This document shows positions 1-4,125 of a stretch of DNA of 4,125 nucleotides, piece by piece (position 1 is the stretch's first letter; every line of letters starts with the position of its first letter). The notes under the pieces are model-generated. The model ran no database searches, had not been told where the DNA came from, and saw only the letters and a program-made list of their open reading frames with translations. The stretch is from a virus (taxonomy: Duplodnaviria; Heunggongvirae; Uroviricota; Caudoviricetes). The stretch is taken from IMG/VR virus record IMGVR_UViG_2695420487_000011; one strand, 5' to 3'. A program made the position numbers and the translations under genes.

Positions 1-66
1 ACTTTCCAGAACCATACGGACTGCCCGTTGACGGACTTCAGGGGAAAAACGAGTATTTTTAGTCAT
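1..66 (-). CDS. IS3-family transposase OrfA, N-terminal 22 codons only (partial, continues off the window)
   Basis: Minus-strand translation from the ATG at 66 down to 1 gives MTKNTRFSPEVRQRAVRMVLES, a helix-turn-helix N-terminus characteristic of IS629/IS1203/IS3411 OrfA. Too short for the six-frame ORF track to report. Confidence 0.65.
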   Translation of the reverse strand, partial: MTKNTRFSPEVRQRAVRMVLES

Positions 67-120
67 CCTGTTTACCTCTTTCTCAGGAAGTTTAGTCTCC
101 AGGATTCCCGGGGCGGTTCA
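1..120 (-). mobile_element. IS3-family insertion sequence (IS629/IS1203-like), terminal ~120 bp including one inverted-repeat end; element continues beyond the window start
   Basis: Reverse complement of 107-120 reads 5'-TGAACCGCCCCGGG..., the TG-initiated terminus typical of IS3-family ends. About 55 bp inside this end, a minus-strand ATG (complement of 64-66) opens an ORF reading MTKNTRFSPEVRQRAVRMVLES, which I recognise as the N-terminus of IS629/IS1203-type OrfA. Sid-like coding sequence begins immediately at 121. Confidence 0.7.
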
Positions 121-691
121 CGCTGATGACTGGCGCACAGCCTTTCGTGCAGCCGGTGGTGTCCTGAGCGACGAGCTGAAACAGCGCCACATTGAGCGCG
201 TGGCACGCCGGGAGCTGGTACAGGAATATGACAATCTGGCCGTGGTGCTGAATTTTGAACGTGAACGCCTGAAAGGGGCGTGTGACAGCACGGCCACCGC
301 CTACCGGAAGGCACATCATCACCTTCTGAGTCTGTATGCAGAGCATGAGCTGGAACACGCCCTGAATGAAACCTGTGAGGCGCTTGTCCGGGCAATGCAT
401 CTGAGTATCCTGGTACAGGAAAATCCGCTCGCCAACACCACCGGCCATCAGGGCTACGTCGCACCGGAAAAGGCTGTCATGCAGCAGGTGAAATCATCGC
501 TGGAACAGAAAATTAAACAGATGCAAATCAGCCTCACCGGCGAGCCGGTTCTCCGGCTGACCGGACTGTCAGCGGCAACACTCCCGCACATGGATTATGA
601 GGTGGCAGGCACACCGGCACAGCGCAAGGTGTGGCAGGACAAAATAGACCAGCAGGGAGCAGAGCTTAAGGCCAGAGGACTGCTGTCATGA
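121..691 (+). pseudogene. sid: sid-like capsid size determination (external scaffold) gene, 5'-truncated by the IS insertion; 3' portion of about 189 codons retained
   Basis: This frame is open from 32 to the TGA at 689-691, but 1-120 is IS sequence. There is no ATG/GTG/TTG in frame between 121 and the GTG at 200 that the ORF track uses as start (200..691, 163 aa). It sits immediately upstream of, and is translationally coupled to, delta in the conserved P4 order sid-delta-psu. P4 Sid is 244 aa as I recall, so roughly 55 N-terminal codons are missing. Confidence 0.65.
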
Positions 692-1188
692 TTTACTGCC
701 CGTCGTGTGGACATGTTGCTCACACCCGTCGCGCACATTTCATGGACGATGGCACCAAGATAATGATTGCACAGTGCCGGAATATTTATTGCTCTGCGAC
801 ATTTGAAGCGAGTGAAAGCTTTTTCTCTGACAGTAAAGATTCAGGAATGGAATACATTTCAGGCAAACAGAGATACCGCGATTCACTGACGTCGGCCTCC
901 GGCAGTATGAAACGCCCGAAAAGAATGCTTGTTACCGGATATTGTTGTCGGAGATGTAAAGGCCTTGCACTGTCAAGAACATCGCGGCGTCTGTCTCAGG
1001 AAGTCACCGAGCGTTTTTATGTGTGCACGGATCCGGGCTGTGGTCTGGTGTTTAAAACGCTTCAGACCATCACCCGCTTCATTGTCCGCCCGGTCACGCC
1101 GGACGAACTGGCAGAACGCCTGCATGAAAAACAGGAACTGCCGCCAGTACGGTTAAAAACACAATCATATTCGCTGCGTCTGGAATGA
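688..1188 (+). CDS. delta: Delta, P4-type late-gene transcriptional activator (fused tandem Ogr-like zinc-finger domains), 166 aa
   Basis: N-terminus MIYCPSCGHVAHTRR...CRNIYCSATFE is the Ogr/Delta Cys4 zinc-finger signature (CPxCxH...CxNxxCSATF). A second Cys4 unit follows (CCRRCKG...CTDPGCGLVF). The 166-aa length matches P4 Delta. Shine-Dalgarno AGAGGA at 674-679 lies 8 nt upstream, and the start overlaps the sid stop as ATGA (688-691). Confidence 0.92.
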   Translation: MIYCPSCGHVAHTRRAHFMDDGTKIMIAQCRNIYCSATFEASESFFSDSKDSGMEYISGKQRYRDSLTSASGSMKRPKRMLVTGYCCRRCKGLALSRTSRRLSQEVTERFYVCTDPGCGLVFKTLQTITRFIVRPVTPDELAERLHEKQELPPVRLKTQSYSLRLE

Positions 1189-1193
1189 GGGCT

Positions 1194-1209
1194 GCCGGTT
1201 AACACCGGC
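1194..1209 (+). other. Intercistronic stem-loop between delta and psu (GCCGGT-TAAC-ACCGGC)
   Basis: Perfect 6-bp inverted repeat with a 4-nt loop, 6 nt after the delta stop. There is no immediate T-run, so it is not a classical intrinsic terminator; possibly an RNA processing or attenuation structure. Confidence 0.35.
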
Positions 1210-1261
1210 CGTCGCCACACACCGTATTTTTATTCTTCAGCATGATGAGAAAGAGATAACG

Positions 1262-1834
1262 ATGGAAAGCACAGCCTTACAGCAGGCCTTTGACACCTGT
1301 CAGAATAACAAAGCAGCATGGCTGCAACGCAAAAATGAGCTGGCTGCGGCCGAACAGGAATATCTGCGGCTTCTGTCAGGAGAAGGCAGAAACGTCAGTC
1401 GCCTGGACGAATTACGCAATATTATCGAAGTCAGAAAATGGCAGGTGAATCAGGCCGCCGGTCGTTATATTCGTTCGCATGAAGCCGTTCAGCACATCAG
1501 CATCCGCGACCGGCTGAATGATTTTATGCAGCAGCACGGCACAGCACTGGCGGCGGCACTGGCACCGGAGCTGATGGGCTACAGTGATCTGACGGCCATT
1601 GCCCGAAACTGTGCCATACAGCGTGCCACAGATGCCCTGCGTGAAGCCCTCCTGTCCTGGCTTGCGAAGGGTGAAAAAATTAATTATTCCGCACAGGATA
1701 GCGACATTTTAACGACCATCGGATTCAGGCCTGACGCGGCTTCGGTGGATGACAGCCGTGAAAAATTCACCCCTGCGCAGAACATGATTTTTTCGCGTAA
1801 AAGTGCGCAACTGGCATCACGTCAGTCTGTGTAA
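1262..1834 (+). CDS. psu: Psu, polarity suppression protein (Rho antagonist / capsid decoration), 190 aa
   Basis: A 190-aa ORF immediately downstream of delta, matching the P4 sid-delta-psu order and the known length of Psu. A purine-rich SD (GAGAAAGAG) precedes the ATG. The ORF is followed by a hairpin and the cos site, as at the right end of the P4 genome. Confidence 0.8.
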   Translation: MESTALQQAFDTCQNNKAAWLQRKNELAAAEQEYLRLLSGEGRNVSRLDELRNIIEVRKWQVNQAAGRYIRSHEAVQHISIRDRLNDFMQQHGTALAAALAPELMGYSDLTAIARNCAIQRATDALREALLSWLAKGEKINYSAQDSDILTTIGFRPDAASVDDSREKFTPAQNMIFSRKSAQLASRQSV

Positions 1835-1867
1835 AATTCCCCGAAAATCCGCCCGTTTTTACTGAAA

Positions 1868-1898
1868 AAAGCCATGCATCGATAAGGTGCATGGCTTT
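1868..1898. terminator. Hairpin terminator-like structure downstream of psu (11-bp perfect stem, 9-nt loop)
   Basis: AAAGCCATGCA (1868-1878) pairs perfectly with TGCATGGCTTT (1888-1898). On the plus strand the stem is followed by an interrupted T-tract (TTTGCATGCGTTTCCC). On the minus strand it is followed by a clean T6 run (complement of A-run 1865-1870), so it may terminate in both directions. Confidence 0.45.
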
Positions 1899-1925
1899 GC
1901 ATGCGTTTCCCTGCCTCATTTTCTG

Positions 1926-1953
1926 CAGACCGCGCCATTCCCGGCGCGGTCTG
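1926..1953. repeat. Perfect 11-bp inverted repeat (CAGACCGCGCC / GGCGCGGTCTG) with 6-nt spacer in the cos-proximal region
   Basis: Read directly from the sequence. It lies about 45 bp upstream of the cohesive-end sequence; candidate terminase recognition or binding element, or structural element of the cos region. Confidence 0.5.
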
Positions 1954-1998
1954 AGCGTGTCAGTGCAACTGCATTAAAACCGCCCCGCAAAGCGGGCG

Positions 1999-2017
1999 GG
2001 CGAGGCGGGGAAAGCAC
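1999..2017 (+). other. cos site: 19-nt P2/P4-type cohesive-end sequence GGCGAGGCGGGGAAAGCAC
   Basis: Exact match to the 19-nt cohesive-end sequence that I recall as shared by P2, 186 and P4. It is positioned about 165 bp downstream of psu, as at the P4 right end, and is flanked by GC-rich palindromes (CCCGC-AAA-GCGGG at 1984-1996; GGTGCTCG 2033-2040 / CGAGCACC 2061-2068). Confidence 0.75.
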
Positions 2018-2071
2018 TGCGCGCCCCCGGTTGGTGCTCGTTACTAATGTTTTTTGCGCCCGAGCACCGTC

Positions 2072-2099
2072 GGGAAGGGGCTGGGGGGGATAGGGGAGG
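2072..2099 (+). repeat. G-run tract (GGG-aa-GGGG-ct-GGGGGGG-ata-GGGG-a-GG) fitting a G-quadruplex-forming pattern
   Basis: Four or more runs of at least 3 G separated by 2-3 nt, read directly. It sits just upstream of the point where composition changes from GC-rich backbone to AT-rich cargo. Confidence 0.4.
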
Positions 2100-2219
2100 T
2101 GCCTGACGTCGCGCGGTAATGTTGGTAAGTGTGCCGCTGATGGCTTCTGAGGGGAGTGGTAAATAGCCGCCTTTCGACGGTGTAGTGGGGAGAGTATTGC
2201 TTACAAACGTAATGAAATT

Positions 2220-2308
2220 GTTTGAGTAGCTAGGCTACTGCATAGGATTATTTTGTTCTGTTAATATATCCGTTAATATAGATAGATTGATCCAATTGAG
2301 TTTAAGGA
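2220..2308 (+). promoter_or_regulatory. Putative promoter/operator region of the 569-aa ORF
   Basis: AT-rich leader containing a 15-bp palindrome AGTAGC-TAG-GCTACT (2225-2239), a direct repeat GTTAATATA at 2260-2268 and 2272-2280 (12-bp periodicity), candidate -35 TTGTTC (2253-2258) with -10 TATAGA (2277-2282), and SD AAGGA at 2304-2308. Exact promoter elements cannot be fixed by eye. Confidence 0.3.
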
Positions 2309-4018
2309 ATGAGTATGTTTCAGATATCAGCTGGAGTGTTCTTTGATTTAGATAAAATAGAAAAACACGATGGCACATTTGTTTTTTATTCAAATGTTGA
2401 TGTGTCTTTCTCGGTGGAAAACACCTCCCCTCTTTTTAAAGCAAATAAAATAAGTCATGATGGTATAAACTGTTATGTGGTAAACTATACTCTCCTGACC
2501 GAAAAACCAGAACGAATTGAAGCTGGAGTCGTAGTTAGGGCTGGTGATGAGGATTATAGGCAACAATTTATTTTATTATGGGAATTCTATTTTGATTGTG
2601 TGGCTAGAGTAGAAAAAGAATCGGTTAAAAAAATATGTGCATTATCAAATTTTAATAAACATCACTCAAAAATTGCGCTTGAAGTTGCCCCATATTTAGT
2701 GGAGATTAATCGAAGAGTTTCATTTGATGATGTCTCTGGGTTTTCTGCTTTTATTAAAGATGTAGTGAATCTAAATAGATCTGCCTTTAAATCTTTAATG
2801 GCAGCGTTAAAAATAATTAGTGATTCAAAAGAATCATTGTCAACCAACTTTGACCTGACTTATTCCATGTTAGTCTATGCCTTGGAGTCTTTGTCTCAAA
2901 GAAATGATAACTATAAGTCTGATTGGGATGACTACGATCAAAAAACCAGAGGTGAATTAGAGTCTGTATTTGAGCATATGCCTGGTGAGGATGTTTGTAA
3001 AATTAAATCAATACTTATTGAAGGCAAACAATTCAGATTACAAAAAAGGTTCAAAGATTTTATACTGAAAAATCTTGAAGAAAATTATTTCAATGAAACA
3101 GAGAGATATCCAATCCGCTATAGCTTCCTTAGTAGAGCTTTAGATAATTTATACAAAATCAGGTCTTCTTTTGTCCATGAGCTTAAGCCACTTGATGCAA
3201 TGATCTCGAAAGCCTACAATCCTGTTGGTGATTGTCTGGTTCTTTTTGGCGAACCTCACTTCAGTTACTCTGGATTGCTTCGACTTCTTCGCCATGTGAT
3301 AATAAATTTTTGCCGTAAAAACTACAGTCAAAAAAGAGAGTCTGTTAATTGGGTGATGGAAACATCGGGTGTAATGGTTGCAGAGATATCTGCACAATAT
3401 TGGCTCTGGAATGCAGACGGATTTACAGCTAAAAGTATAGCGAAGTGGTTTAGTGAATACCTAAATATGTTAAATTTAGGCGAAGTCACTGATTTGCAGT
3501 CTATCATGGACAAAATTGAGATAATCTATGATCAATCCAAAAAAGAATATAAAAATGGGTTGTTGCATTTTTATTTCTTATATAACTTAATGCATAATGG
3601 AAATAAGGGTGAATGGCTTGAGTTTGCGAACAAGCGAAGTTCTATACTTGTTTGTGATATATATTGGTATTCATGCTCTCCATATTTATATAAATCATTT
3701 ACTAATGTTTCAAATGGTATTGCTGATATAAAAACATTGAGAAACTTTTTGTCTTGTTTTAACGAATATGATAAAAATAAATTTAAGCCAAATCGTTTAA
3801 ATCTCCCTGCAATGACCGAAGTAATTATGTTGGCTTGCGCAGCAAATTCATTCTTCAGAATTGGAATGTATCAAGACTATGTTTTAATGGGCAATAGAGC
3901 GATGAGAGAAATTGCTTCAGTAAAAGATGTATTTTATTATATAAAAGAACGATTAAGTAATTCACAACTTATTGAATTGGACGAGTGCTTGAGATTGTAT
4001 AGAAAAAAGGGGGGCTAA
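2309..4018 (+). CDS. Hypothetical protein, 569 aa, AT-rich foreign gene at the P4 psu/cos-proximal hotspot; candidate anti-phage defence protein with a single HEPN-like R-x4-H motif (R285...H290)
   Basis: Long uninterrupted ORF (1.7 kb) in about 30% GC DNA, where random stop codons would be frequent, so it is very likely real. SD AAGGA at 2304-2308 abuts the ATG at 2309; the in-frame ATG at 2315 has better 6-nt spacing and may be the true start (567 aa). No Walker A, PD-(D/E)xK or zinc-finger motif recognised. Motif KIRSSFVHELK (nt 3161-3178 encode R-S-S-F-V-H) fits the HEPN R-x4-H consensus. Family assignment not possible without a search. Confidence 0.85.
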   Translation: MSMFQISAGVFFDLDKIEKHDGTFVFYSNVDVSFSVENTSPLFKANKISHDGINCYVVNYTLLTEKPERIEAGVVVRAGDEDYRQQFILLWEFYFDCVARVEKESVKKICALSNFNKHHSKIALEVAPYLVEINRRVSFDDVSGFSAFIKDVVNLNRSAFKSLMAALKIISDSKESLSTNFDLTYSMLVYALESLSQRNDNYKSDWDDYDQKTRGELESVFEHMPGEDVCKIKSILIEGKQFRLQKRFKDFILKNLEENYFNETERYPIRYSFLSRALDNLYKIRSSFVHELKPLDAMISKAYNPVGDCLVLFGEPHFSYSGLLRLLRHVIINFCRKNYSQKRESVNWVMETSGVMVAEISAQYWLWNADGFTAKSIAKWFSEYLNMLNLGEVTDLQSIMDKIEIIYDQSKKEYKNGLLHFYFLYNLMHNGNKGEWLEFANKRSSILVCDIYWYSCSPYLYKSFTNVSNGIADIKTLRNFLSCFNEYDKNKFKPNRLNLPAMTEVIMLACAANSFFRIGMYQDYVLMGNRAMREIASVKDVFYYIKERLSNSQLIELDECLRLYRKKGG

Positions 4019-4125
4019 CCCATAAGCGCTAACTTAAGGGTTGTGGTATTACGCCTGATATGATTTAACGTGCCGATGAATTACTCTCACGATAACTGGT
4101 CAGCAATTCTGGCCCATATTGGTAA

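Noticed and set aside
72-464. Minus-strand ORFs of 130 aa (72..464) and 118 aa (92..448), antisense to sid
   Set aside because: They lie entirely antisense to the well-supported sid-delta-psu operon in GC-rich DNA, where long spurious open frames are common. The translations are Arg/Pro/Gly/His-rich low-complexity sequence with no recognisable domain, and there is no convincing RBS.
929-1156. 75-aa plus-strand ORF in an alternative frame inside delta
   Set aside because: Fully embedded in the delta coding sequence, whose identity is strongly supported by the zinc-finger signature. The Arg/Cys-rich translation is typical of an off-frame artefact.
1887-2093. 68-aa ORF (GTG start) spanning the psu terminator hairpin, the palindromes and the cos site
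   Set aside because: It overlaps non-coding structural elements (terminator stem, cos cohesive-end sequence, G-run tract). The translation is Gly/Arg/Pro/Ala-rich, there is no SD, and the frame is open only because the region is very GC-rich.
2662-3513. Three short minus-strand ORFs (61, 82 and 61 aa) inside the 569-aa ORF
   Set aside because: Short, antisense to a long and well-supported ORF, with no RBS or conserved features; most likely chance ORFs. Noted that small antisense genes cannot be fully excluded without expression data.
2309-4018. Assigning the 569-aa protein to a specific named defence family (AbiD/AbiF-like, AIPR, or similar)
   Set aside because: I cannot align it to a family by eye. 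The only signature is a single R-x4-H motif, which is insufficient for a family call, so it is left as a hypothetical protein with a HEPN-like hypothesis.
1-4125. CRISPR array, tRNA or other structured RNA gene (for example the leuX-type tRNA attachment site used by P4)
   Set aside because: No regularly spaced direct repeats with unique spacers and no tRNA-like cloverleaf sequence were found. The only repeats are the short palindromes and the GTTAATATA pair described above.

Overview
This window looks like the right arm of a P4-like satellite prophage (enterobacterial, about 55-60% GC by eye) ending at a recognisable cos site, followed by an abrupt switch to AT-rich (about 30% GC) foreign DNA carrying one large 569-aa ORF of unknown function. 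Left to right: (1) bases 1-120 are the terminus of an IS3-family insertion sequence (IS629/IS1203-like) with its orfA transposase start on the minus strand; (2) it abuts and 5'-truncates a sid-like gene (capsid size determination); (3) an intact delta gene (fused double Ogr-type zinc-finger late activator, 166 aa) is translationally coupled to sid by an ATGA overlap; (4) psu (polarity suppression, 190 aa) follows; (5) a terminator-like hairpin and a GC-rich palindrome-rich region contain the 19-nt P2/P4 cohesive-end sequence GGCGAGGCGGGGAAAGCAC at 1999-2017; (6) after a G-run tract the composition drops sharply and a 569-aa ORF (2309-4018) with its own AT-rich upstream region occupies the psu/cos-proximal position that, in P4-like satellites, is a known hotspot for anti-phage defence cargo. 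The ORF has no motif I can assign to a known family except one HEPN-like R-x4-H signature, so I flag it as a candidate novel single-gene defence (possibly abortive-infection RNase) system. All protein-family calls are from recall of sequence features, not from a database search.
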